Below, piece after piece: positions 28,887 to 38,740 of a DNA stretch of 64,000 nt. Under the pieces are notes generated by a model. The model saw nothing but the letters and a program-made list of their open reading frames with translations. It did no database searches and was not told the origin of the DNA. Within the stretch, counting starts at the first letter, position 1, and every line of letters starts with the position of its first letter. Source of the DNA: Acholeplasmataceae bacterium (GTDB taxonomy: Bacteria; Bacillota_I; Bacilli_A; Acholeplasmatales; UBA5453); contig JAAYKO010000040.1 of the NCBI GenBank assembly GCA_012522345.1, forward strand, positions 386 through 64,385, read 5' to 3'. Made by a program: the position numbers and the translations under genes.

Positions 28887-31114
28887 AAACTCACCCCTTT
28901 ATAACGTTTTAATCTTAGAGCATTTAAAACTACGCTTACACTTGAAAAACTCATCGCAAGAGCTGCAATCATTGGGTTTAATAATGGTCCGCCAAATAAA
29001 GCTAACAGTCCCATTGCAATCGGAATTCCAATTACATTGTAGAAAAACGCCCAAAATAAGTTCTGTTTAATATTTTTAACTGTTTGCGCTGATAAATCGA
29101 TTAAACTTAAAAGCCCTGACAAATCATTTTGCATCAAAACGACATCTCCAGCAACCATTGCGATATCTGTTCCACTAGCCAGACCAACTCCGATATGAGC
29201 TTCTTTTAGTGCGATTGCATCGTTGATTCCATCCCCTACCATCATGACCTTGTGGTCTTGTTTTAAATCTTTGATAATAACTTGTTTATCTTCTGGTAAA
29301 AGCGAACCATAATAAAGGTCAATTCCAACTTGCTTAGCGATATATGCTACCGTTTCTTGATTATCGCCTGAAAGTAAAGCGGTTGTTATATTTTTCTTTT
29401 TCAAACTTGCTATTACTTTTTTGACTCCTACCTTTAACTGATCAGCAATACTAATTATTCCAATCAATTCTGTTTCGGTTGCTAAATACAAAGCGCTTTT
29501 TCCTTGGGCTGAAAACTCAGCAGTAATTTTAGCAGTTTGTCCTAAAGAAATCTTTTGTTTGTTTAAATGTTTGGCATTGCCTAGAAAATAGATCTTACCG
29601 GCAATTACACCTTTAATTCCTAAACCAGGATAGTTTTCGAACTCGGCTAGTTTTAATAATTTATATCCTAATTCTTGAGTTTTAGCCATTAAGGCTTTTG
29701 CAATTGGATGATTTGATTTTTGTTCTAAAGAGGCTGCGATTAAAAGAATTCTTTCTTCTTTAAGGTCTTTTGTTGAAATAATATCGACAACTGCAGGCTT
29801 TCCTTCAGTAATTGTGCCGGTTTTATCAAAGGCAACTAGGCTTGCCTTGCTACTAATCTCAAGAGCATCCCCAGAGGCGATTAGAACACCATGTTTAGCT
29901 GCTGAACCGCTAGCGGTCATAATTGCAGTTGGCGTTGCCAAACCAAGAGCACACGGACAAGCGATTACTAATACTGAAACAAAGATATTAATTGCGTAAC
30001 TAAAATCGCTTTGATAAAAAATCCAAAAAACAAAGGCAATTATTGCTAAACTAAAGACTATTGGCACGAAGACACCGCTAATTTTATCTGCTAGTTTTTG
30101 AATCGGTGCTTTTTTCATTTGAGCTTCGCTGACTCGTTTGATAATATTTGAAAGAACAGTATCTTCACCAACATGAGTTACTTCAATTAAAATCGCTCCT
30201 GTCACATTAATTGTTCCTCCAACAACTTCATCATTAATCGTTTTGTCTTTTGGTAGTGGTTCTCCGGTCATCATCGATTCATTTACCGCAGTAGAACCAT
30301 CGACAATAAGGCCATCTGTAGGAATTACATCACCGGGTCTGACTAAGAGTTTGTTGCCTACCAAAACCTCATCGAGAGGAATTTCTAAATAAGTGTTTCC
30401 ATCAAATAGTAAGGCTGTTTTAGGTTTTAAATCCATTAGCTTTTCTAACTCAGAAGTTGTTTTAGTTGTTGATTTTTGTTCCATAAATTTACCAATCATT
30501 ACTAAAACTAAAATAACAGCACTACTCTCAAAATAAAGCATCTCAGCAAAAACTGTTTGACCTCTAGCAATCATAATAAGTCCATAAATCCCATAGAAAA
30601 AACTCGCTAGAGTTCCGATTGCGATTAATGAATCCATATTTGGATGAGCTCTAAAAATGTTTTTAAAGCCGTTGACATAATAACGATATCCGATTATCAT
30701 CACTGGAACAGTGAATAAGAGTTGAGCTAAAGCGAAACCGAAAGGACTGTTCTTTTGAGCCATAAATTTAGGCAGTGGGAGTCCAATCATATGTCCCATT
30801 GAAATATACATCAGTGGTAACAAAAAAATTAATGCGTAAATAATTTTAATGCGCATTTGTTTTAACTTTCTTGCCTGTTTTATAGTGAGTGATTCTTCGT
30901 CATCATAAACTTCAATTTTAAAGCCTGTTAATAAGATATTTTTAAATAATTTCGCCTCATCAAAAGTTGGATCAGCTACTATCCGAAGTTGTTCTGTGGG
31001 GAGGCTAGCATTTGCTTCAAGGACTCCACCAGTTTTAAGCGAAGCTTTTTCAACAGCGCTTACACAAGCCGCACAAGTCATTCCTTTTATATCATACATT
31101 AATATTTTATTCAT
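28883..31114 (-). CDS. copA: Copper-translocating P1B-type ATPase
   Basis: HMA domain GMTCAACV, TM CPC motif, DKTGTIT and GDGINDA. The likely start is the ATG at 31114, after the RBS GAGG. Confidence 0.95.
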   Translation of the reverse strand: MNKILMYDIKGMTCAACVSAVEKASLKTGGVLEANASLPTEQLRIVADPTFDEAKLFKNILLTGFKIEVYDDEESLTIKQARKLKQMRIKIIYALIFLLPLMYISMGHMIGLPLPKFMAQKNSPFGFALAQLLFTVPVMIIGYRYYVNGFKNIFRAHPNMDSLIAIGTLASFFYGIYGLIMIARGQTVFAEMLYFESSAVILVLVMIGKFMEQKSTTKTTSELEKLMDLKPKTALLFDGNTYLEIPLDEVLVGNKLLVRPGDVIPTDGLIVDGSTAVNESMMTGEPLPKDKTINDEVVGGTINVTGAILIEVTHVGEDTVLSNIIKRVSEAQMKKAPIQKLADKISGVFVPIVFSLAIIAFVFWIFYQSDFSYAINIFVSVLVIACPCALGLATPTAIMTASGSAAKHGVLIASGDALEISSKASLVAFDKTGTITEGKPAVVDIISTKDLKEERILLIAASLEQKSNHPIAKALMAKTQELGYKLLKLAEFENYPGLGIKGVIAGKIYFLGNAKHLNKQKISLGQTAKITAEFSAQGKSALYLATETELIGIISIADQLKVGVKKVIASLKKKNITTALLSGDNQETVAYIAKQVGIDLYYGSLLPEDKQVIIKDLKQDHKVMMVGDGINDAIALKEAHIGVGLASGTDIAMVAGDVVLMQNDLSGLLSLIDLSAQTVKNIKQNLFWAFFYNVIGIPIAMGLLALFGGPLLNPMIAALAMSFSSVSVVLNALRLKRYKGVSL

Positions 31115-31241
31115 ATTATCCCTCAAAAGAATTATAAGTCTTAGGAAGCCTTTCTGCAAATGTTTTACTTTTTCGCAACTGACATAAGTTAATGATTAAA
31201 CCTCTCACAATTGAAATCGCGAGTGTTCTCGTCTAGTTCAT

Positions 31242-31280
31242 AAAAAAAGTCTAGCACTAGATGAAATTAAGTACTAGACT
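31242..31280 (-). terminator. Intrinsic terminator after the alarmone synthetase gene
   Basis: The minus strand reads AGTCTAGTACT-N10-AGTGCTAGACT followed by T7. Confidence 0.7.
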
Positions 31281-31365
31281 CTAAATTTTTATTTTCTTAT
31301 AATATGGAGCGGTTTAGAGATTTTTATAATTAAAAGCTTTAAACAAAATTTAGCAACTTAAGTCT

Positions 31366-32031
31366 TTAAACATCGTACTCGCTTAATTTTGATTTAATGT
31401 TTTGCATTTTAGTTTCAACATCACTGATTATTTCTGAACATTCTTTGAGTTCTACTTTCAATTCTTTAAAACTTGAATTGGTCTTATATTTCATATCGTG
31501 TTCTAAAGAAGCCCAAAAGTCCATTGCGATAGTTCTGATTTGAACTTCTACTTTAGTATCAATTTTTTCATTTGAGAAAAAGACAGGTACTTCAATAACC
31601 AAATGTAAACTTCGATAACCATTTTCTTTTGGCTTTTTTATGTAATCTTTGATTTGTATTAATTTAACATCATCTTGTTGAACTAACATATTAGCCACTT
31701 CATATAAGTCTTCCAAATATGTTACTACTACTCTCACACCAGCAATATCATTAATTTTAGTTAAACTAGCTGTTGTTTTTTTTAAGCCATGGTCAATTAA
31801 TTTTTTCATAATTGACTCTGGGTTTTTTAATCTCGCTTTAATAAATTCAATTGGATTTCTTTTAGCATTTACATGCAATTGATCTGATAATATTTCTAAT
31901 TTAGTGTGAACCATTTTTATCGCTGCATAATAGTTCATCATTATTTGGCGATATAAGTTTGCCTCTCGTTTAAATTGCTCTGGCACAGCATAATTTGGCT
32001 CTTTTAATTGAATCTTATTTAAAGTCATCAC
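31366..32031 (-). CDS. Small alarmone synthetase (RelQ/RelP-type GTP pyrophosphokinase)
   Basis: 221 aa, synthetase domain only. Motifs DIAGVRVVV, YRSLHLVIEV and EVQIRTIAMDFWASLEHDMKYK. Confidence 0.85.
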   Translation of the reverse strand: MMTLNKIQLKEPNYAVPEQFKREANLYRQIMMNYYAAIKMVHTKLEILSDQLHVNAKRNPIEFIKARLKNPESIMKKLIDHGLKKTTASLTKINDIAGVRVVVTYLEDLYEVANMLVQQDDVKLIQIKDYIKKPKENGYRSLHLVIEVPVFFSNEKIDTKVEVQIRTIAMDFWASLEHDMKYKTNSSFKELKVELKECSEIISDVETKMQNIKSKLSEYDV

Positions 32032-32121
32032 AATCTCTTCACCCCTAGATATTATAGCACAAATTGTAAGCGCTTTCTATATTAAGGGAAAACTTCGACA
32101 ATTTATATTAAAAAATATAAG

Positions 32122-32589
32122 TTAAATCTTACATTTTGCACGATTAATTAAAACGCTTTGAACGACTAATGCCAAACTGAGAATAACTAAACCAAGAATC
32201 TTGTAAGGCAGGTTGTGAAGCGGCAAAACATAAATTCCAAAACTAATCCCTATGACCCCTAAAAAGGTAATCATGCAACTAGTACAACCATAGGTGAAAA
32301 AGCCTAATAAAACACTTAGAAATGACAAATATCCGGTCGCTTCGCCTCTTTTTGTTAGAGAAACTTGAGCAGTTGAGAAATTAAACATTAAAGCTGAAAT
32401 AAATGACATTGCAATATTTAATAAAACATTAATAACAACCAAATAAATTCCATAATCTTGGATCATAGGCAAATAGCCACCGCTTAAATAATCGAGCATA
32501 AAATAAATTATTGAAAAAACGAGTAAATAACCAATTAGAGAAAAGATATATTTTTTTTGTTTCTGCATGCTCAGTACTAGTTTAAACAT
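32122..32589 (-). CDS. Small polytopic membrane protein with an intramembrane CxxC
   Basis: 155 aa with about 4 TM helices. GCTSCM lies at the start of a TM helix, and the C-terminus is AKCKI. I do not recognise the family. Confidence 0.5.
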   Translation of the reverse strand: MFKLVLSMQKQKKYIFSLIGYLLVFSIIYFMLDYLSGGYLPMIQDYGIYLVVINVLLNIAMSFISALMFNFSTAQVSLTKRGEATGYLSFLSVLLGFFTYGCTSCMITFLGVIGISFGIYVLPLHNLPYKILGLVILSLALVVQSVLINRAKCKI

Positions 32590-32618
32590 TTTATCACCAC
32601 TACTATTGTATGAGATAA

Positions 32619-33170
32619 CTATTGTTTTTTATACCGATTTGCTTGAAGTTGCTCTTGTTCAATCATCCCTTGTCTTTTACCCTCTAAATAAAATTGCAAT
32701 TTATCGAGAAGTACAAAGATCTCTTTTTCAACTTCGTCGACGGCGATAACCTTTTTAACTTTATATCTTTTGGTCGGTGTTCTTAAAATTAAGGTTCCGA
32801 AAACTTTCTTCGCTTTTTTACCACTTTTGATTTTTGTTTTAATGCTTTTTAATTCTACCATCGGCACTACAATCTCTTTTTCCGCTGTTTTACAAATATA
32901 AATGTTGTTTAAGTCGCTTTCTAAAATAGCCCAAGGTCGTGTCAATCTTAAAATTAAATAAAAGAGTAATAATGTAAAAACAAACACTATTATTGAAAGA
33001 CTATAAACAAATGTTTTTTTATCTTGAGTTGTTAAATTAAATTTATCTTTATAAACTAGCAACAAAGCTGCAGCAACAATAACTGCAATTACTAAAAAGA
33101 TTGTAATTACAGTCGGTTTAATTCTTCTTTTGGCTAATTTTTTTCGTTCATATACATCAATTTTTGTCAT
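32619..33170 (-). CDS. Membrane protein with a possible bacterial PH-like cytoplasmic domain
   Basis: 183 aa. Basic N-terminus, two TM helices, then a beta-rich K-rich segment (ICKTAEKEIVVPMVELKSIKTK...LILRTPTKRYKVKKV) and a terminal helix. The family call is tentative. Confidence 0.45.
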   Translation of the reverse strand: MTKIDVYERKKLAKRRIKPTVITIFLVIAVIVAAALLLVYKDKFNLTTQDKKTFVYSLSIIVFVFTLLLFYLILRLTRPWAILESDLNNIYICKTAEKEIVVPMVELKSIKTKIKSGKKAKKVFGTLILRTPTKRYKVKKVIAVDEVEKEIFVLLDKLQFYLEGKRQGMIEQEQLQANRYKKQ

Positions 33171-33637
33171 AATTCTAGGCTTTTTTCTAATTTTAGTAGT
33201 TGCTCTTTTACCTTTAACCCTGATGAAAATCCTCCTAAAGATGTTTTACCCACAACTCGGTGACAAGGAACAAGCAATAAAATATTGTTCCTGCCTAAAG
33301 CGTTACCGACAGCTCTACTACCGCCTTCTTTTCCAATTAAATATGCAATATCACTATAGGTTAGTTTATAACCATAAGGTATTTCTGCTAAAACATCATA
33401 TACTTTCTTTTGAAAGGGAGTGGTCTCTTGCTTAAAAGGAACTGTAAATTCTTTTCGTAAGCCTTTTAAATACTCGCAAATCTCAGTTTTTGCTTGAATT
33501 AAAAGCTCAGTTTCTTTTAACGTTAAACCAGATACATCAATTGAAGTTATGCTGACATTCGTAATGAAATTATCACTACTTTGAACTAAAGTAAATTCGC
33601 CGATAGTACTATTAAACTTAAGATAATATTTATCCAT
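33167..33637 (-). CDS. ogt: Methylated-DNA--protein-cysteine methyltransferase
   Basis: Active-site LVPCHRVVG, TYSDIA and GGSRAVGNALGRN motifs. 156 aa. Confidence 0.88.
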   Translation of the reverse strand: MDKYYLKFNSTIGEFTLVQSSDNFITNVSITSIDVSGLTLKETELLIQAKTEICEYLKGLRKEFTVPFKQETTPFQKKVYDVLAEIPYGYKLTYSDIAYLIGKEGGSRAVGNALGRNNILLLVPCHRVVGKTSLGGFSSGLKVKEQLLKLEKSLEL

Positions 33638-33651
33638 TTTATTTCTCCATT

Positions 33652-34710
33652 CTACGTTAACACAATTTTTAAAGATACAGGATTATGATCGCTATTTACG
33701 AATCCCAAATCGTGAGTTTGAATTAAATTGACTGTAATATTGTCAGAAACGATGAAACCATCAATTATATAGTGTTGATGATTACTGTTTTCGTAAGGTT
33801 TATTTAAAAGTCGACAGGTTGGGATAGTTAAGTCGATTTGAAAGGAAAACCCTTCTGGTAAAAAATCTTCAGCAATAATTGGCGGTGTCCAAAGTCTTTC
33901 TCCTACTGGATAGAGGTTTTGGGCGATTTGTGGGGTTTGATTGAAATCACCACCAACGACAATATAATTTCCTTTCTCTTTTTCGGCAATTAAAAACTCT
34001 TTTAAATATTGCATCTCTTTTGCGCGCATACTTCCATCATCATACGCAGAAAGATGGACATTAACCACTACTAATTGTTTATCACTATTTTCAATTTCGT
34101 AATAGTTAACTAAAAGTGCTCGCTTTAAATTAACTGTTCGAATCGGCCAACTAAAAGAACCTGGTAGTTGATGGCGATAGGCCTTATCAATCTCATAATT
34201 ACTCAACGTTTGAATACCACTATTTACTTTACCAAAATAATCAGTAAAAGAAAAGGGGAAAGGGACAAACCTTGCCTTGTAATTTAAGGCAAATGTTGAA
34301 TTATAATTTTCAAATAAATCAGCATAAGCTGTTATTTGGTCAGTGTAATAACTCCGTCTTGAATTATAATCCACTTCTTGAATTAAATAAAAGTCGTGTT
34401 CTTCTGCTTCAAAAAAGTCTTTAATTCCGGCTAAATATCCCAAGACAACCTCTTTATTATCAGCCCGCCCTTTTATACCACCATCCATCACAAAATCCTC
34501 TATTTTCCCTAACGATGCATAACCAGTATTATAGATGACAAAAGAAATCTCTTCGCCTATTTTGACTTTTCCTAATGCATTACCTGTAGGCTTCAGTGTC
34601 TCAAGTTTTTTTGGACGATATTCAGCAAAGGTTAAAAAACCTAAAAAAACCATCGCTAATAAAATAATAAAGCTGATAATTGTTGCAAAAATCTTTAATA
34701 CTTTTTTCAT
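33652..34710 (-). CDS. Membrane-anchored endonuclease/exonuclease/phosphatase (EEP) family protein
   Basis: N-terminal TM, then EEP motifs IQEVD, VVNVHLSAYD, GGDFNQ and NSDHNPV. Confidence 0.7.
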   Translation of the reverse strand: MKKVLKIFATIISFIILLAMVFLGFLTFAEYRPKKLETLKPTGNALGKVKIGEEISFVIYNTGYASLGKIEDFVMDGGIKGRADNKEVVLGYLAGIKDFFEAEEHDFYLIQEVDYNSRRSYYTDQITAYADLFENYNSTFALNYKARFVPFPFSFTDYFGKVNSGIQTLSNYEIDKAYRHQLPGSFSWPIRTVNLKRALLVNYYEIENSDKQLVVVNVHLSAYDDGSMRAKEMQYLKEFLIAEKEKGNYIVVGGDFNQTPQIAQNLYPVGERLWTPPIIAEDFLPEGFSFQIDLTIPTCRLLNKPYENSNHQHYIIDGFIVSDNITVNLIQTHDLGFVNSDHNPVSLKIVLT

Positions 34711-34806
34711 CTGTTATCTCCTTAAAATTGATTTGCTAATTTTTTGACAAAATCTCAATAAATGATATAATAAGAAACCAGATTAATTAAGAAAAGGAGG
34801 AAAATT

Positions 34807-35331
34807 ATGGATTATCTCGAACAACAAAAGACTTCTAATCGTCTTAATGATCCAAAAAAATATGGGATTGTTAAAGAGCGTTTAGCTGAACGAGGAGTAA
34901 TCCCTCTTGATATTGCGAAATTAACATTGGATTTACAAAAACCTTATTTAGAAAATGTTACAATTGAACTCTGCTTAGAACACGTTGATAAAGTATTATT
35001 AAAACGCGAAGTTCAACATGCTATTTTAGTCGGAATCGAACTTGATGTTTTAGCTGAAAAAAATCTTTTAAGCGAACCACTTTTAACCCTCGTAAAAAGT
35101 GATTATGGACTCTTTGGAATCGATGAAATATTAGCTCTTTCAATAGTCAATGTTTATGGTTCTATTGGATTAACTAATTTTGGTTATGTCGATAAACTTA
35201 AGCCTGGAATAATTGGTGTTTTGGATGATGAAGGAAAAAAAGAGGGTCGCTGCAATACTTTTTTAGATGATATCGTTGGCGCAATTGCAGCCTCTGCAGC
35301 CAGTTCACTGGCCCATCGCTTTGCAGTTTAA
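34807..35331 (+). CDS. Phosphatidylglycerophosphatase A family protein (YutG-like)
   Basis: The string ERGV..DIA ... KREVQHAIL.GIELDVLAE ... YGSIGLTNFGYVDKLKPGI ... TFLDDIVGAIAASAASSLAHR matches the B. subtilis YutG/PgpA-like family as I remember it. Confidence 0.7.
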   Translation: MDYLEQQKTSNRLNDPKKYGIVKERLAERGVIPLDIAKLTLDLQKPYLENVTIELCLEHVDKVLLKREVQHAILVGIELDVLAEKNLLSEPLLTLVKSDYGLFGIDEILALSIVNVYGSIGLTNFGYVDKLKPGIIGVLDDEGKKEGRCNTFLDDIVGAIAASAASSLAHRFAV

Positions 35332-35355
35332 TAAAGTGGTCATTTGGCCATTTTT

Positions 35356-36333
35356 TTATGCTTTATTCAACCGATAAGTAATAAAATGATAGTAATTCTC
35401 ATCCTTGTCCCAAACGGCATCATTTAAAAAAGGATAAAATATTCCTCCAGGTTCATATTCACACTCCAACGCAATTCCACAATAAGGCTCTTTTTGAAAG
35501 TAGGCAATATCATCTGGCGATGAAACATTGTGAGTATAAACGACAACTGATGGATAGCTTGTTGAAATATTTAAATTAATTTTTGATTGAGGGCTATATA
35601 GATTGACTTCTCCCTCTTCTGCTAATAAAAAGATATTATCAAAACCTTTAAATGCCGTATTTGAAAGTCTATTTAGAGGTTTTTTTAATTGAGTTGGTTT
35701 TCTTAAATCATAAGGAGTGTCATTAACTGGACTTACTCCTAGAACATTGAACTGGTCATCAAAAACAACATACTTATCTGCATCAATTTGTAAACTATGG
35801 TCTAAAATAGTCTTACTGCCATCGAGATTAAAATAACTATGATTAGTAATATTGATTAGAGTTTTTTCAGTCGCAACCGCAAAATATTCAACTAAAAGCG
35901 TATCCGCTTTTAAAGTATATCTAACCTTTAAAGTTACATCTCCTGGTAGACCATCATCTTTTTGGCTGCCGATAAGAGTAAAAATCGCTTCATTATCTTG
36001 ACTTTGGTGGTAAGTGAAATAACGTTTAGAATAACCATTTTTCCCACCATGGATCGTTGTTGCGTGGCCTTTATATGCTGGTAGTTCAACTTGTTTTTCA
36101 CCAATAATCAAGCCATTTGTAAAAAGTCTACCACTAAACCTACCAACAGTTTTACCGTAATAATGATCAGGTTTAATAAAATCAGACATTTTTTTAGGTC
36201 CTACGACAATATCAACACCGCGATAGATAAATTTAAAGATACTAGCACCAACATTCAATAAATGAAGTTCAATATTATCATTTTTAAGTATTATTTTTAT
36301 TAATTTGTCAGTGACTTTAATTTCTTGTTTCAT
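35356..36333 (-). CDS. Aldose 1-epimerase (mutarotase) family protein
   Basis: 325 aa. Motifs TIHGGKNGY, NITNHSYFNL and IALECEYEPG are typical of galactose mutarotase-like proteins. Confidence 0.8.
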   Translation of the reverse strand: MKQEIKVTDKLIKIILKNDNIELHLLNVGASIFKFIYRGVDIVVGPKKMSDFIKPDHYYGKTVGRFSGRLFTNGLIIGEKQVELPAYKGHATTIHGGKNGYSKRYFTYHQSQDNEAIFTLIGSQKDDGLPGDVTLKVRYTLKADTLLVEYFAVATEKTLINITNHSYFNLDGSKTILDHSLQIDADKYVVFDDQFNVLGVSPVNDTPYDLRKPTQLKKPLNRLSNTAFKGFDNIFLLAEEGEVNLYSPQSKINLNISTSYPSVVVYTHNVSSPDDIAYFQKEPYCGIALECEYEPGGIFYPFLNDAVWDKDENYYHFITYRLNKA

Positions 36334-36449
36334 ATTTGCCTCTACTTTTTATAAACACCTGTGATAAACTATAAAAATCTTTTAGTCTCTATAAATTATT
36401 ATAATACATCTTAAAACTCATTTCATTATTTTTTTACTTGATGATGAGT

Positions 36450-36480
36450 AAAAAAAACACTTTCTAAATTGCGAAAGTGT
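36450..36480 (-). terminator. Intrinsic terminator ending the riboswitch-antiporter-PII-like unit
   Basis: The minus strand reads ACACTTTC-gcaattta-GAAAGTGT followed by T7, about 9 nt after the stop at 36489. Confidence 0.8.
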
Positions 36481-36488
36481 CTTTTAAA

Positions 36489-36839
36489 TTATTTTTTGGC
36501 TTTTAAAGGATAAATTCCTGAAACTGGCAAAGTGAACATAAAACCAATTGTTTTTTGCCGAGAATTTTCTAAAGCACTTTGAATATCATCAATTAAGTCA
36601 CAAACAATTTTTTCATCTGGAATAACACTAAAAATTGTCTTTGAACTTGCAGGGCTTTGAGCTACGCTTTGCGCAAATGGACCTCCCAGCAACATTCCTA
36701 AGCCTTCATATTCCAAAACCGCTTTTGCCATTCCTTCACTATCGAGAATTGTCGCTCCACGTACTTTATGTTTTATAAAGAGTTGTAAAATAGTCTCTTG
36801 ATAACTTAAATCATTTAAAACAATAAATAAGATTTGCAT
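36489..36839 (-). CDS. PII-like-fold small protein, paralog 1 (116 aa)
   Basis: MQILFIVLNDL...VRGATILDSEGMAKAV...SKTIFSVI...GFMFTLPV. The residue pattern suggests beta-alpha-beta x2. It is about 40% identical by eye to the 38392..38721 product. The ATG at 36839 is 2 nt after the antiporter stop, and its RBS GGAAGGAG lies inside the antiporter's 3' end. Confidence 0.55.
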   Translation of the reverse strand: MQILFIVLNDLSYQETILQLFIKHKVRGATILDSEGMAKAVLEYEGLGMLLGGPFAQSVAQSPASSKTIFSVIPDEKIVCDLIDDIQSALENSRQKTIGFMFTLPVSGIYPLKAKK

Positions 36840-36840
36840 A

Positions 36841-38163
36841 TTATGCTCCTTCCATTTCAATACCTTCAATTGAGGAAATTAAATCCAATTGATCAAGACC
36901 ACCAACCTCACCCGCTTTTGTAATAGCAATTTTGGCAAATATTGGACCACTAGTCTCAAAAAATAATATACTTAACATAATAACCGTTGAAATCACAGGA
37001 TAAAAGTCATACATTTGAGCGAATACTACGACTAATAGCCCCAGTGAAATTCCCCCTTGTGGCAATAAAGCTATACCTAAATATTTTTTTACTGCTGGTT
37101 TTTGTTTTGTAACATGTGAGCCTGTATAAGCTCCTAAATATTTTCCGCCTGCTCTAGCGATTATAAAGACTAAAGCCAACACAATAATTAAAGCTGAGTT
37201 TTTCAATATTCCAAGATTTAACGAAGCTCCTGCTAAAGTAAAAAACATCACATAAAACGGAGTCGTAAAATCATTGACACTACTAAAGATTTGGTCACTT
37301 CTTTTGGCGTAGTTAACTATTATCATTCCAGTTGCCATATTAGCTAAAAGTGCTGAAAGAGCCAAGTTAAAGGTTTTAAAATAATTATTAATTATAAAAA
37401 TACTTCCCGTAGTAATCAAGACAGCAATAATTGTTAAGATTTGTAAATCATCTCGTGTTTTTTCCTGCTTACCGATAGCTTTTGTTAGTAAAAAGCCAAT
37501 AAGAATTCCCAAAAGTAATGATCCGATAACTTCAATAAAAGGTTTCGCAATCATTAAAAATAAGGGTATTGTTGATGTGGTGACTAAGATTTGGGCAAAT
37601 GAAATGAAAAAACCAAAGACTATAATTCCGTATATATCATCGAGTGCCGTTATTGGCAACACTTTTTTTGTAAGTGGTCCATAAGCTCGATATTGTCTCA
37701 TTACCATCAGAGTTGCGGCAGGTGCAGTGGCAGCACTCATTGAAGCCAAAACTAATCCGACTGCAATATTATTTTTACTAAAGGGTTGATAACCATTCAT
37801 AATTGGAGCTGGTTTAGGGATGAAAAAAAGTGCTAAAAACACGATTGCAACAACAAATCCAACTTCAAATATTGTAATTGTGTTGATATCTTTGCCACTC
37901 TTTCTCAAAGCCTTTAAATTAAATTCACTACCGATTGAAAAGGCAATAAACGAAAGTGCTATTTCACTAATAAACCTTAAAGTATCTTGATCTTCAGTTG
38001 TTATAAAGCCTTGATATCCTGGAATAATAATCCCAAGTGAAGGTCCAAGCAGTAATCCTAAAACCAAATATCCCGATACATTGGGCAGTTTTAGCTTTTT
38101 AGCAATTAAACCACCAATAAATCCAATCAGTAATATAATTGCTGCTTTAAACAATAAATCCAT
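36841..38163 (-). CDS. CPA2-family cation:proton antiporter, membrane domain only
   Basis: 440 aa. N-terminus LLIGFIGGLIAKKLKLPNVSGYLVLGLLLGPS is typical of Kef/NapA-type exchangers, with about 12 TM helices. The short tail (about 25 aa) has no RCK/TrkA domain. Confidence 0.85.
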   Translation of the reverse strand: MDLLFKAAIILLIGFIGGLIAKKLKLPNVSGYLVLGLLLGPSLGIIIPGYQGFITTEDQDTLRFISEIALSFIAFSIGSEFNLKALRKSGKDINTITIFEVGFVVAIVFLALFFIPKPAPIMNGYQPFSKNNIAVGLVLASMSAATAPAATLMVMRQYRAYGPLTKKVLPITALDDIYGIIVFGFFISFAQILVTTSTIPLFLMIAKPFIEVIGSLLLGILIGFLLTKAIGKQEKTRDDLQILTIIAVLITTGSIFIINNYFKTFNLALSALLANMATGMIIVNYAKRSDQIFSSVNDFTTPFYVMFFTLAGASLNLGILKNSALIIVLALVFIIARAGGKYLGAYTGSHVTKQKPAVKKYLGIALLPQGGISLGLLVVVFAQMYDFYPVISTVIMLSILFFETSGPIFAKIAITKAGEVGGLDQLDLISSIEGIEMEGA

Positions 38164-38185
38164 TAACTAAATCCTCCTTTAAAAG

Positions 38186-38210
38186 TAAAAAAAGCATAAA
38201 ATATACGCTT
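38186..38210 (-). terminator. Expression-platform terminator of the c-di-AMP riboswitch
   Basis: RNA AAGCGUA-UAUUU-UAUGCUU followed by U6, immediately 3' of the aptamer P1 strand and 5' of the RBS AAAGGAGGA. Confidence 0.7.
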
Positions 38211-38324
38211 AATAACTCCGATGAGGTTAGCTGCCGGGTTAAGAACATTAAGTATCCTTTCATAAGCTACTATGATTCACCCCTATTATTGGGTTCCCCA
38301 CTCATTTTCATGATTAGGAGAGTT
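38211..38324 (-). promoter_or_regulatory. ydaO/yuaA-type c-di-AMP riboswitch aptamer
   Basis: The minus-strand RNA reads CUCCUAAUC-AUGAAAAUGAGU-GGGGAACCCA-AUAAUA-GGGGUGAAUCA-...-AACCCGGCAGCUAACCUCAUCGGAG. This lines up with the B. subtilis ydaO leader as I remember it: CGCUUAAUC...GGGGGACCCA...GGGGUGAAUCC...AACCCGUCAGCUAACCUCGUAAGCG. P1 pairing is CUCC/GGAG. Confidence 0.85.
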
Positions 38325-38333
38325 ACTATGATA

Positions 38334-38362
38334 ATATTAGCATAGACACTTTAGATTATCAA
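38334..38362 (-). promoter_or_regulatory. Sigma-A-type promoter for the riboswitch-antiporter transcript
   Basis: The minus strand reads TTGATA, a 17-nt spacer, then TAATAT, about 10 nt upstream of the aptamer. Confidence 0.55.
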
Positions 38363-38391
38363 CTCGATAAATTGCTTTTTTACAAAAGATA

Positions 38392-38721
38392 TCATAAGAC
38401 AACGTTTACAGGGATTGTAAACATATAACTTATCGCTTTTTTTCCAGAATAATCTAATACTTGTCTAATTGTTTTCGTAATTATATTAACACTCTCTTTT
38501 GCAACAACAGAAAAAATTGTCTTTGAGACTTCCGCCTCTGTTGGAATTGCTCGATCAATTGGACCTTTCATTAAATAACTCAGTTTAGCAGAATCCCTTA
38601 ATGCCTTAGCCATACCGTAGGAGTCAAGGATTGTAGCTCCCTTAACATTTAATTTTACAAACACTTCTAATAAATCATCTAAAAAATCTAAATCATTTAA
38701 AACAATAATAATCGCTTCCAT
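38392..38721 (-). CDS. PII-like-fold small protein, paralog 2 (109 aa)
   Basis: MEAIIIVLNDL...VKGATILDSYGMAKAL...SKTIFSVV...SYMFTIPV. The ATG at 38721 follows the RBS GGGGAG. It lies upstream of, and outside, the riboswitch-controlled unit. Ends with TGA. Confidence 0.55.
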   Translation of the reverse strand: MEAIIIVLNDLDFLDDLLEVFVKLNVKGATILDSYGMAKALRDSAKLSYLMKGPIDRAIPTEAEVSKTIFSVVAKESVNIITKTIRQVLDYSGKKAISYMFTIPVNVVL

Positions 38722-38740
38722 AGGCTCTCCCCTTCTCTTA

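Noticed and set aside
31249-31280. Inverted repeat AGTCTAGCACT-N10-AGTACTAGACT upstream of copA, considered as a copper-repressor (CopY/CsoR) operator.
   Set aside because: On the minus strand it is followed directly by T7 and lies downstream of the alarmone synthetase gene. It is therefore best explained as that gene's intrinsic terminator. It does not resemble the TACAnnTGTA cop box.
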